A stretch of DNA of 64,000 nt from Candidatus Pacebacteria bacterium UBA6180 (GCA_002422165.1 DITQ01000008.1:125082-189081); one strand, 5' to 3'; counted from the stretch's first letter, positions 38,676-46,908 are shown. The notes: generated by a model not told the origin, from the letters alone. A program made the numbers and translations.

Positions 38676-39456
38676 GAGAGCTTATTTTAGCAAAATCCAA
38701 AGAAATTGGACCAAGCGGAATTTGGTCTTGCTCGTCATCGACGAAAAGCAACATCACCTTGCCTTTGCTGGCAGGACTCCAAATTTTACCTTCCCGAATC
38801 ACCTCTGGGGAACCGCCAAACTGCTTCTTGACCCACATCGCTGGACCAGCATCAGCGACGACACCCACGACCGCCATTTGTTCGGCTGGATTGATGACGA
38901 TCATTTTGCGAAACTTATACCAGGGCTTAAGCTGCGGATGCTGACTGCTCCAGTCTGGTAGATACATCAGCTGCACTGCAAAATAATACTTCTCTCGCAT
39001 GATTGACTGTTCGGTCAACTGACCATTTTCCGTAAACCAACCAAAAGCTCCACGATTGGGAGCGATGCCTGCTTCCTGGTAGACGTCGTGCTGAATGAGT
39101 TCGTCTCCTGGAAAACGCAACAGATGCTGTTCAGCACCCATGATACCAATGCTGTGATTGAGACGATTGCCTTCAAGCTCAGCTCGCACTTTGAAGCCCA
39201 AGATTTCTGAGAGCTGCTGCTCCAGATAGAGTTCAGTCTCACGCTCCAGATGACCAGCCGGAGAATTAACATGAGCGTTTAACTTGGCCATGATTTCTTG
39301 GTGCTCGGTTTCAGAGATGTCCAGGGCAAGCTCACGAGTTTTTTCATCTAAAACGACGTTCTGCTGGTTATTGCTGGGAGTTGGACTTGTCATCACCACC
39401 TGGCCAGCCATTGCTAGGCCCGCCAAAAATTGCTGGGGTTTGTTTTGGGCAGTCAT
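38662..39456 (-). CDS. Hypothetical protein with possible RlpA-like double-psi beta-barrel C-terminus
   Basis: KMIVINP...AVVGVVADAGP resembles the RlpA/expansin V.V.D.GP motif; otherwise unrecognised. Confidence 0.55.
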   Translation of the reverse strand: MTAQNKPQQFLAGLAMAGQVVMTSPTPSNNQQNVVLDEKTRELALDISETEHQEIMAKLNAHVNSPAGHLERETELYLEQQLSEILGFKVRAELEGNRLNHSIGIMGAEQHLLRFPGDELIQHDVYQEAGIAPNRGAFGWFTENGQLTEQSIMREKYYFAVQLMYLPDWSSQHPQLKPWYKFRKMIVINPAEQMAVVGVVADAGPAMWVKKQFGGSPEVIREGKIWSPASKGKVMLLFVDDEQDQIPLGPISLDFAKISSHDQN

Positions 39457-39472
39457 ATATTTACTTTTGCAT

Positions 39473-40909
39473 TTATTCTAACTTAGCCAGGGCTTCTTCC
39501 AGACGAGCAATCAATAAATCTCGACCAAGCACTTCCATGGTCTCGAAAAGGGGTGGTGTAGCCTTTTCACCAGTGGCTGCCAGGCGCAACATCATAAAAT
39601 ACTGGCCGCGGTGCCAATTTTCCTGTTCTTGAAGCTGGCGAATTGATGACTCGAGTTGTTGGGTGGACCACTCGCTGATTTTTGCCAGCGCTTCAGTAGT
39701 AGCTCTAAGCTGTGTTTTGACCAAAGCAGCATCAGCTTTTTTGAGTAGTAGAGCACTATCGTAAGCGATTGGCAAGTAAAAAAACTTAGTCAATTCACTA
39801 AAATCAGCCAGAGTCACCAGGCGCTCGTGAATTAAGGGTAAAATGGCCGGTAATTTTTCGACAGGGAAATCAGCTGGGATAAAAGGCTGAAGACGTTCCT
39901 GCAGCTCTTCACTAGACAACTTACGGATATAGACGCCATTGAGCCAATTGAGCTTAACCAGATCGAAAGCAACACTATTGCTACTCAAATCACTGGGTTC
40001 AAATTCTTGAATATATTCCTCTAGAGAGATCACTTCTTCCTGATCTTTTTTTGCCCAACCAAGAATCATGAAAAAATTAAGCATCGCTTCTGGTAGATAG
40101 CCACGATCTAAAAATGACCCTGCTGAAACCATGCCTTTGCGTTTGCTCATCTTACCCTTGCCATCAGGGTTAAGAAAGACTGGAATATGAGCGAAAACCG
40201 GCTTGGGCCAGCCAAAAGCCTGGTAAAGCAGTACGTGCTTGGGAGTGGAACTAATCCACTCTTCGCCCCGCATGATGTGGCTTATTTTCATCAAGTAATC
40301 ATCAATTACCACCGCCAAATGATAGGTCGGGTAGCCATCTGACTTAAGCAAAACTTGATCATCAATCAAATTGGAATTGAAGCTAATTTCCCCTCGCAAC
40401 AGATCAATAAAAGAAATTTCCTGATCTTCTGGAACTTTGAGGCGAATGACATAAGATTCTCCAGCAGCAATTTTAGCTTGTGCTTGTTCTGGCGATAAAT
40501 GGCGACAATGACGATCGTAACGCGGTGCTTGTTTGGCGGCAATTTGTTGCTCTTTGACTTCTGCCAGGCGTTCCTTGGAACAAAAACAGTAGTAAGCCTG
40601 GCTATTACCAATCAGGGTTTGCACTTCACGCTGATAGATCGCCAAGCGCTCTGACTGGATGTAGGGCCCATAGGAGCCATCTTTGCCCGGCCCCTCATCC
40701 CAATCCAAGCCATAGCGACGGATGATCTCCTGAATTGCCGCCACACCTCCCTCAACTTCTCTTTCTTTGTCGGTGTCCTCGATGCGCAAGATAAATTGCC
40801 CACCATGCTTTTTGGCATAGGCGTAGTTCTTGAGTAAAGTGGCCATGCTACCAACATGCATTTCGCCGGTTGGACTAGGGGCCATTCTGGTTCTGACGAT
40901 ATTATTCAT
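39473..40909 (-). CDS. gltX: Glutamate--tRNA ligase
   Basis: RTRMAPSPTG, HVGS, LRIEDTD, YYCFCS, RGEEWISS, KMSKR. Confidence 0.97.
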   Translation of the reverse strand: MNNIVRTRMAPSPTGEMHVGSMATLLKNYAYAKKHGGQFILRIEDTDKEREVEGGVAAIQEIIRRYGLDWDEGPGKDGSYGPYIQSERLAIYQREVQTLIGNSQAYYCFCSKERLAEVKEQQIAAKQAPRYDRHCRHLSPEQAQAKIAAGESYVIRLKVPEDQEISFIDLLRGEISFNSNLIDDQVLLKSDGYPTYHLAVVIDDYLMKISHIMRGEEWISSTPKHVLLYQAFGWPKPVFAHIPVFLNPDGKGKMSKRKGMVSAGSFLDRGYLPEAMLNFFMILGWAKKDQEEVISLEEYIQEFEPSDLSSNSVAFDLVKLNWLNGVYIRKLSSEELQERLQPFIPADFPVEKLPAILPLIHERLVTLADFSELTKFFYLPIAYDSALLLKKADAALVKTQLRATTEALAKISEWSTQQLESSIRQLQEQENWHRGQYFMMLRLAATGEKATPPLFETMEVLGRDLLIARLEEALAKLE

Positions 40910-40931
40910 GGTAGATATTCTAGCATCATTT

Positions 40932-42026
40932 CTATCTGGTGGCTGACCGACTCAAGTAATTTGGATCAATCGCTGGCACCATGGCGAAAAAATTATTGTC
41001 ACCCTTGAAAACATAAATGGGTTGCAAATATTTTTGCTCTTCAAAGCTATCATAGTAAGCCAATTCAAACTCTCGCACCACTGCCTCCTGAAGATTCTCG
41101 CCGCCAATCACATAAGCTTCGCCTGACTGAACTAAATTCCAGGCCGAGCGAGCACTCCGCAGAGGATAAGTTTCGAAATTTAAATAATCCACCCGACGAT
41201 AATAATAATTCATCTCAACAATCGAATTATTTCCAGAAAAAGCCGCGCTCAGCTTGGCTGAAATAATGCCTCGCTGCGGATCGCTGGTATAAACTTTGTA
41301 AACCTGATCAATAGGGCTGCGGTTGAGGTCAATTTGCAAAAAATTGGCGTCAGAGAGCGAAAAAGCAGTCTTGAGTTCCCCACCAATAGAGCGTAAAAAG
41401 GTCACTTGACCAGAGCCAGTGGCAATATCTGCCTCCAGTAAGCTGCCTGTTCCAGCAAACTTCCTAACTCGGTCGATAGCTTCAAACTCTTCTGGCAAAC
41501 GCCCACTAGTCGTCAACAGGTCTGGCCTAGAAAGAAAATTACTCTCCATCGAAAAAGTGAAGTCAACTGCACTAATTTCGAAGCTCATGTCGAGCGGGGT
41601 GTTTTTGGTGAAGCGATAAGTTTGATCGGCAATCAGCTCTGGCGCAAAAATAAAACCGTAGTTGGAAGCAATTTGTTTAACCCGATCATCAGCCAATAAA
41701 TTAGCGCTTGATTTGGTAACCAAGAAAACCTTGGCTCGATCAGTAACTTCGCGAATGCCAAAGGGCATCTCTAGAGTGTAAGAAGCTGGCTTATCAGCTT
41801 CATCTTGAGGAGGAAATTGCAAATTTGGCAAAATACCAAAGCCAACCGTTGGTGGCGGAGGCGGCTCAGGATGAGTGGCCTTCCAATAAGCAACAAAAGC
41901 ATTGAGTAAAACTCGACCAACCATCAAAAACACCAAAAAAGCCAAGCCATATCTCACTAGCATCCGTCCAGCATAATTGATGTTAGTTAGATTGGGTCCA
42001 GAAGAGTTGGTTGCTTGGCTCGGCAT
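40932..42026 (-). CDS. Membrane-anchored extracellular hypothetical protein (weakly YycH/YycI-like C-terminus)
   Basis: One N-terminal TM, poly-Pro linker, C-terminal ELAYY...LQPIYVF. Confidence 0.6.
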   Translation of the reverse strand: MPSQATNSSGPNLTNINYAGRMLVRYGLAFLVFLMVGRVLLNAFVAYWKATHPEPPPPPTVGFGILPNLQFPPQDEADKPASYTLEMPFGIREVTDRAKVFLVTKSSANLLADDRVKQIASNYGFIFAPELIADQTYRFTKNTPLDMSFEISAVDFTFSMESNFLSRPDLLTTSGRLPEEFEAIDRVRKFAGTGSLLEADIATGSGQVTFLRSIGGELKTAFSLSDANFLQIDLNRSPIDQVYKVYTSDPQRGIISAKLSAAFSGNNSIVEMNYYYRRVDYLNFETYPLRSARSAWNLVQSGEAYVIGGENLQEAVVREFELAYYDSFEEQKYLQPIYVFKGDNNFFAMVPAIDPNYLSRSATR

Positions 42027-42028
42027 AG

Positions 42029-42961
42029 CTAGTCGTTATTGTACTCGTTTTCCTGTAGTTTTTGCCACTCGTAATTGTTAAAAATCCAAGCCAACAACTT
42101 ACTAGTATCGAGATAACGATCTTGACTATTCATTAGGCTAATTAAAATCTGCTGACCCTCTCTCTCGACAAGAGTAATCAGAACTTCACCAGCCAACTCG
42201 GTTGTGCCTGTCTTGACACCTCTCACTCCGCGAATTCTACCAAGCAGCTGATTGGTGTTGTACAAATCATAAGTCCAACCCTGATCTGGATTGGCAATCC
42301 GCTTGTATGGTGTGGCTACTAATTCTCGAAGGTAAGGTTGTTTGAGCAACTCTCGAGCGATAAGATTGAGTTCTCGAGCGGTGCTAAGCTGACCATCCTC
42401 ATCCAGTCCGGCTGGATTGCTAAAATGAGTCTCCACTAAACCTAGCTGCTGCGCCTTTTGATTCATAGCTGCAACAAAACCAGTCGAACCGGTAGGGTAA
42501 TTGTTGGCCAAAACGTAGGCACTGTCGTTGGCCGAATTAATTAGTAAAGCAGCCAAGAGATCAGCGGTCGTAATTTGCTGACCAGGATCTAGAGACAGCT
42601 TGGTGCCAAGAGTGGTAGCGGCCTCGCTAGCAACTAATAATGCTTGATTTAAATCAAAAGTATCTATAGCCACCAAAGCAGTCATCATTTTGCTAGTTGA
42701 GGCGGGATAAAGCCCCTGGTCGGCGTTTTTCTCGTAGAGCAAAGTCATTGAAGTCAAGTCAACGACGTAAGCAGCGGTAGCACTAATTTCTAGAGTTTGC
42801 TCCGTCAAACCTGAAGCGCGCAAAATGGGCAATTCCTCAATTGTTGCCAATTCCAACTCATAACTCAATATCTGCTGCTGTGGGTAGAAAAAAAACAAAT
42901 AGAAAGAAACAAAGAGCGAAACAAACAGCAATAAAACAAGAATAAAATTAAATTTTTTCAC
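42029..42961 (-). CDS. D-alanyl-D-alanine carboxypeptidase (peptidase S11)
   Basis: PASTSK (SxxK), SAN (SxN), KTG, NPAGLD. GTG start at 42961 lies 6 nt after TGtTACAAT. Confidence 0.92.
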   Translation of the reverse strand: MKKFNFILVLLLFVSLFVSFYLFFFYPQQQILSYELELATIEELPILRASGLTEQTLEISATAAYVVDLTSMTLLYEKNADQGLYPASTSKMMTALVAIDTFDLNQALLVASEAATTLGTKLSLDPGQQITTADLLAALLINSANDSAYVLANNYPTGSTGFVAAMNQKAQQLGLVETHFSNPAGLDEDGQLSTARELNLIARELLKQPYLRELVATPYKRIANPDQGWTYDLYNTNQLLGRIRGVRGVKTGTTELAGEVLITLVEREGQQILISLMNSQDRYLDTSKLLAWIFNNYEWQKLQENEYNND

Positions 42962-42984
42962 TAATTCATTGTAACAAAAATCTC

Positions 42985-43650
42985 TTAGGCTAGTTGCATA
43001 ATTTTGGAAGTTTGACCACAAACAACTACCAAGTCTTCTTTTTGAAAAATTAAGCTCTTATCTGGATTAGTGATAATTTCCTTGCCTCTTTTAATAGCTG
43101 CCAACATCAAATCATGTTTCTTAAAAACTTCTATTTCAGCCACTTGCTTCCCCAGCCAAGATTCTAAAACCACCAATTCGACAAAGCGAAAATCTGGAGT
43201 CAATTCCAAAGAATCAATGACTTTGTTGGAATATAGGCTAAGCGCAACTTTTCTTCCCATTTCTCGCTCAACCGTCACTACCCAATCGGCACCAATTTTT
43301 TGCAAAATTTTCTCATGCAAATCATCAGCTGCCTTGGACACTACATATTTGGCTCCCAATTCTTTAAGTAAAGTGGTTATTAAAACACTAGATTCAATAT
43401 CGTGTCCAATGGCCACCACCACCGCATCAAAATGAGCTAAGCCTAAAGATTCCAAAAAATCTTCATCGTGAATGTTGCCTGCCATGGCCTCAGTGACATC
43501 CTCGCTAATCTTGCTGACTTTTTCAAAATCTTCATCGACAGCCACCACTTCACAATCCATTTTCATCATGTTTCTAGCGAAGCTGGAACCAAAACGTCCC
43601 AGACCAATCACTAGAAAAGACTTCTTTTTTAAAGTTTTTTTTACAAACAT
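42985..43650 (-). CDS. ktrA: Ktr/Trk potassium uptake RCK subunit
   Basis: VIGLGRFG, VVVAIG, LKELGA, KIGAD, EREMG; TrkA-C domain. Confidence 0.92.
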   Translation of the reverse strand: MFVKKTLKKKSFLVIGLGRFGSSFARNMMKMDCEVVAVDEDFEKVSKISEDVTEAMAGNIHDEDFLESLGLAHFDAVVVAIGHDIESSVLITTLLKELGAKYVVSKAADDLHEKILQKIGADWVVTVEREMGRKVALSLYSNKVIDSLELTPDFRFVELVVLESWLGKQVAEIEVFKKHDLMLAAIKRGKEIITNPDKSLIFQKEDLVVVCGQTSKIMQLA

Positions 43651-44981
43651 ATGTCTGCTTTCGGATATTTTTTAATTACATTGTGCCTTTTAGTATAAAA
43701 GATTAAACCATAAAGCAACACATAGAGACCAACTCGACCCATAAACATAAGGAAAATCAGCACTATTTTACCCAAAATTGATAAATCAGCTGTCAAGCCC
43801 ATGGACAACCCAACTGTTCCCATGGCAGAAACTGCTTCAAATAAAGCGTTTAAAAAAGGAGGATTATCAAAAATCTCCAAAGCTATCAAACCAACAATGA
43901 TCAATAAAAAACTAATTGCAGCCAAACTTAATCCTCTAAAAGCTGTTTTAAGGTCAATATTCTTTTTCATCACTTGCAAGGATAAATCCCCCCTTATCGT
44001 GCCCCACAACATCAAAAAAAGCACTAAGGCCACGGTCACCTTGATACCCCCAGCTGTAGAAGCTGGCGAACCACCAATAAACATCAGGCCCATTAAAACT
44101 GTTAAGGACGGCTTGCTCATAGTCGATAGATCATAAACACTAAAACCTGCTGTTCTGGCACTAACGCTGTGAAAAATTGACTCACGCAAATGCGAAACTT
44201 GATTCGTCATCGCAAGTCGATTGCTACTTTCTAAAAACCAAAAAGCTAAAGCGCCTAAAATTATAAGTAAAATGTTTGCAATTAGCACCACCCGACTGTG
44301 AAAAGATATTTGATGAGTTGACCTTTTTTTAATTTTTTCCAGTAAATCGAGCCAAACTGGAAAACCCAGCCCGCCCAAAACAATTAAAAACATCACTATT
44401 TCCAAAGCAAAACCAATTCCAAGTAAAGGCTCCGCACTAGTGCCAAGCCCAAAAATATCAAAGCCAGCATTCGCAAAAGCTGAAACAGCGTGAAAGATAC
44501 CGTGCCAAAGTGAGAAATTGAAGTCAAATCCGTGCAGCAAAAAATTGAGAGTTAATAGCGACGCTCCAAAAAATTCAATCAAAAAAACATAGCGCACTAC
44601 TATTTTTAGCACTTTGACTACTTCGCCTTTATTGCCAAAACCTAAGTTATCTCCGAGTAACATTCGGTCAGCATAATAAAAACGTTGTCCCAATAAATAG
44701 GCTATGTATCCACCTATTGTTACAACTCCTAATGCTCCTGTCTGAATCAACAATAAAATCACTAGTTGACCAAAAAATGACCAGTGACTACCGGTTTCCA
44801 CCACAGCCAAACCAGTTACAAACAAAGCAGAAGCGCTGGTAAAAAGAGCATCGATGAAAGTGGTGTTAAAACCTGCCTGAGTCGCCCATGGCTGACTAAG
44901 CAAAAAAGCTCCCAAAAGCATGGTCAACAAAAATGCCAAAATAACTAGTAAAAAAGGATTAATCCTCTTATTTTTTACCAT
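43641..44981 (-). CDS. ktrB: Ktr/Trk potassium uptake membrane subunit
   Basis: Four selectivity-filter motifs VTGL, NAGF, RTAGF, TVGLS; GGSPASTAGGIK; MFMGRVG. Confidence 0.93.
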   Translation of the reverse strand: MVKNKRINPFLLVILAFLLTMLLGAFLLSQPWATQAGFNTTFIDALFTSASALFVTGLAVVETGSHWSFFGQLVILLLIQTGALGVVTIGGYIAYLLGQRFYYADRMLLGDNLGFGNKGEVVKVLKIVVRYVFLIEFFGASLLTLNFLLHGFDFNFSLWHGIFHAVSAFANAGFDIFGLGTSAEPLLGIGFALEIVMFLIVLGGLGFPVWLDLLEKIKKRSTHQISFHSRVVLIANILLIILGALAFWFLESSNRLAMTNQVSHLRESIFHSVSARTAGFSVYDLSTMSKPSLTVLMGLMFIGGSPASTAGGIKVTVALVLFLMLWGTIRGDLSLQVMKKNIDLKTAFRGLSLAAISFLLIIVGLIALEIFDNPPFLNALFEAVSAMGTVGLSMGLTADLSILGKIVLIFLMFMGRVGLYVLLYGLIFYTKRHNVIKKYPKADICL

Positions 44982-44987
44982 ACCAAA

Positions 44988-46385
44988 TTAAGCAACCTTG
45001 ATCCCCAATTCTTTGAGCTGTTCTACACTAACTTCGCTGGGCGCCTCCATAATGGAGGTGTGACCAGTCGAATTCATCGGAAAAGCAATTGTTTCCTTGA
45101 GAGAAGTTTCGCCAGCAAGCAACATCACTAGACGATCAAGTCCGAGAGCAATGCCTCCGTGGGGCGGAGTACCAAGCTTGAAAGCCTCTAGCATGTGGCC
45201 TATGCTTGCTTCGATTTCCTGGTCAGAGTAACCCATAATTTTAAATGTTTGCTTGAGCACTTCTGGTTCGTGAGCGCGGATGCTGCCACCGCCAGCTTCG
45301 TAGCCATTGCAGACCAGATCGTACTGAGCGGTAATAATCTTGTCGATGTTCTCGCCAGCTAGATGGTCAGCAAGTGACTCATCGATGGGGCGGGAAAAAG
45401 GGTTGTGAGTGAAGGTCCAGCCACTCTTACCGTCGCGCACTTCGGCAATGTCTTTTTTATCGACTTTTTTGAAAAATGGAAAACGCACTACCCAAGCGAA
45501 AGCGAGCACGCCAGCTGCTTTCTCTTCTTGCGAGCGCAGGTCGAACTTGTCGGCGCCGTGCTGGGCGATGGCATCTTCATAATTGATGACGGGGAAATTT
45601 TCTTGCTGGAGCTGGCCACCAACTTTCTTGACCGCGTTTTTGACGATTTCTTCGACGTGCGCCATCAGTTCCTCCTGAGTGACGAAGCTCATCTCGAGAT
45701 CAAGCTGAGTAAATTCAAAACCGCGATCAGCTCGCAGATCTTCGTCTCGGATACAACGAGCAAACTGATAGTAATTCTCTACACCAGCAGTCATCAAGAG
45801 CTGCTTATACTGCTGCGGACTCTGCGGCAGGGCATAAAATTTACCCGGGTTGAAACGCGAAGGGACGATGAAGTCCCGAGCGCCTTCCTTGGTGGACTTG
45901 GTCAACATCGGAGTTTCGACTTCGGTGAAATCTTTTTTTTCGAGCTGTTCACGCAGCGCCTGATAAAACTTGGAGCGCAGACGCACAATTTTTTGCATCC
46001 GTTCTCGACGCAAGTCGAGGTAGCGATACTTGAGACGCATTTCCTCGTTGACCTCGCGGCCGTCGCCTTCCACGAGAATCGGTAGCTCGGCTGACTTATT
46101 GAGGATTTGGTAGCTTTCGACAAAAATTTCGATGCTGCCAGTTGGTAAATTGGGGTTGACGGATTTCTCTTGGCGCTGATTAATGACACCAATCAACTCG
46201 ACCACTGACTCAGTGCTTAAGTCGCTCAACTTGCCTTGGATGCCCACTGCTTGAATTTTACCAGTGCGGTCACGCAGGTCGATAAAAGTGACCTTGCCGT
46301 GATCCCTTTTGGAATCAACCCAGCCACAGAGGCGGACGGTTTGGCCAATTTGCGCTAGAGTGTCGAGGACGAGAGTGCGGTGCAT
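44988..46385 (-). CDS. aspS: Aspartate--tRNA ligase, short bacterial type lacking the GAD insertion
   Basis: GWVDSKRDHG, FIDLRD, RLKYRYLDLR, EGARDF, LPQSPQ, DEDLRADR, PPHGGIALGLDR; only 465 aa. Confidence 0.95.
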   Translation of the reverse strand: MHRTLVLDTLAQIGQTVRLCGWVDSKRDHGKVTFIDLRDRTGKIQAVGIQGKLSDLSTESVVELIGVINQRQEKSVNPNLPTGSIEIFVESYQILNKSAELPILVEGDGREVNEEMRLKYRYLDLRRERMQKIVRLRSKFYQALREQLEKKDFTEVETPMLTKSTKEGARDFIVPSRFNPGKFYALPQSPQQYKQLLMTAGVENYYQFARCIRDEDLRADRGFEFTQLDLEMSFVTQEELMAHVEEIVKNAVKKVGGQLQQENFPVINYEDAIAQHGADKFDLRSQEEKAAGVLAFAWVVRFPFFKKVDKKDIAEVRDGKSGWTFTHNPFSRPIDESLADHLAGENIDKIITAQYDLVCNGYEAGGGSIRAHEPEVLKQTFKIMGYSDQEIEASIGHMLEAFKLGTPPHGGIALGLDRLVMLLAGETSLKETIAFPMNSTGHTSIMEAPSEVSVEQLKELGIKVA

Positions 46386-46409
46386 AGATGAGGAATATTA
46401 TAAGGGAGA

Positions 46410-46440
46410 AGGTGGGGAAAAGGTAGAGGAGGTGGGGAAA
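46410..46440. repeat. 11-bp direct repeat AGGTGGGGAAA x2 (20-nt period); minus strand carries anti-SD-like CACCTCCT
   Basis: Copies at 46410-46420 and 46430-46440; AGGAGGTG at 46427-46434. Confidence 0.7.
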
Positions 46441-46446
46441 GATTCA

Positions 46447-46468
46447 CCCCGACCCTTACGGGTCGGGG
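46447..46468 (-). terminator. Perfect 9-bp GC hairpin with GUAA (GNRA) loop, 3' of the 34-aa ORF
   Basis: Minus CCCCGACCC-GTAA-GGGTCGGGG. U-tract is weak, so it may be a stabilising hairpin rather than a terminator. Confidence 0.55.
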
Positions 46469-46478
46469 GGGTTGGAGG

Positions 46479-46583
46479 CTATCGGGGGCGATCAGGGCAT
46501 TTGCTTGACTTGTGGTCTCCCCCACAATGAATGCAAACACTTTCACACACCCAAATGACCAAACTTAAAATTAAGTTTTTCAT
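46479..46583 (-). CDS. 34-aa peptide with hydrophobic N-terminus and CCHC zinc-knuckle-like motif
   Basis: MKNLILSLVIWVCESVCIHCGGDHKSSKCPDRPR*; SD AGAAAGGAGG 7 nt before ATG; strong hairpin 10 nt after stop. Confidence 0.7.
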   Translation of the reverse strand: MKNLILSLVIWVCESVCIHCGGDHKSSKCPDRPR

Positions 46584-46590
46584 TTTTAGG

Positions 46591-46717
46591 CCTCCTTTCT
46601 TTAGGATGTCCTTCCTTGCGGAAGAAACTCCCCTCGAGTACTGAAGCGCAGGCGCCTCAGCCCCTGGGGGGATTCCTCAATCTTCGAAATTCAAAATCTG
46701 AAGAATCCACCCTGGAG
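46591..46717 (-). ncRNA. Multi-hairpin structured RNA / 5' UTR
   Basis: Long hairpin 46661-46717 (GGATTCTTCAG/TTGAGGAATCC core); CTGAGGCG-CCTG-CGCTTCAG at 46641-46660; CTTCC-GCAA-GGAAG at 46611-46624. G-U pairs and GNRA loops work only on the minus strand. Confidence 0.6.
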
Positions 46718-46740
46718 AAAAAACCTTTTTAATGTGCCCT

Positions 46741-46774
46741 AAAACAAAAAATCCCGCTTATCTAGGCGGGGTTT
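46741..46774. terminator. Intrinsic terminator (probably bidirectional), attenuator stem
   Basis: Minus AAACCCCGC-CTAGATAA-GCGGGATTTTTTGTTTT; plus AAATCCCGCTT-ATCT-AGGCGGGGTTT then AGTTTTTTTT. Confidence 0.7.
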
Positions 46775-46795
46775 AGTTTTTTTTGCTTTTTTCTG

Positions 46796-46873
46796 TTACG
46801 CAACTACAACACCCCGCAAATCCTTGCGCAAAAAGGCGACAATAAATCTGAGGTGATAATTACTTGATAGCAT
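46796..46873 (-). CDS. Putative leaderless 25-aa leader peptide
   Basis: MLSSNYHLRFIVAFLRKDLRGVVVA*; ATG 7 nt after TATAAT; last codons contain GCGGGGT complementary to the terminator 5' arm ACCCCGC. Confidence 0.55.
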   Translation of the reverse strand: MLSSNYHLRFIVAFLRKDLRGVVVA

Positions 46874-46880
46874 GGGGTTT

Positions 46881-46908
46881 ATTATAAGAAACACTCATAA
46901 TATTGCAA
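46881..46908 (-). promoter_or_regulatory. Sigma70-type promoter
   Basis: Minus TTGCAA (46908-46903), 16-nt spacer, TATAAT (46886-46881). Confidence 0.65.

Noticed and set aside
45405-46085. 226-aa plus-strand ORF
   Set aside because: Antisense shadow of aspS with no recognisable motifs.
46440-46470. c-di-AMP (ydaO) riboswitch, since ktrAB is downstream and GGGGTGAATC and CCCGACCCGT occur
   Set aside because: The motifs are in the wrong order and simply form one hairpin; GCTGAATCC and CAGCTAAC are missing.
46309-46546. ORF-track entries 46309..46530 (+) and 46355..46546 (-)
   Set aside because: They overlap the aspS start, cross the hairpin and low-complexity repeat, and lack an SD. The 34-aa ORF with a strong SD explains the region better.
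46695-46720. T-box riboswitch for aspS (AGGGTGG on the minus strand)
   Set aside because: The T-box consensus needs GGTGGnACC followed by a terminator. Here ACC is absent, the terminator lies upstream of the motif, there is no stem I/AG box, and aspS has its own -10.
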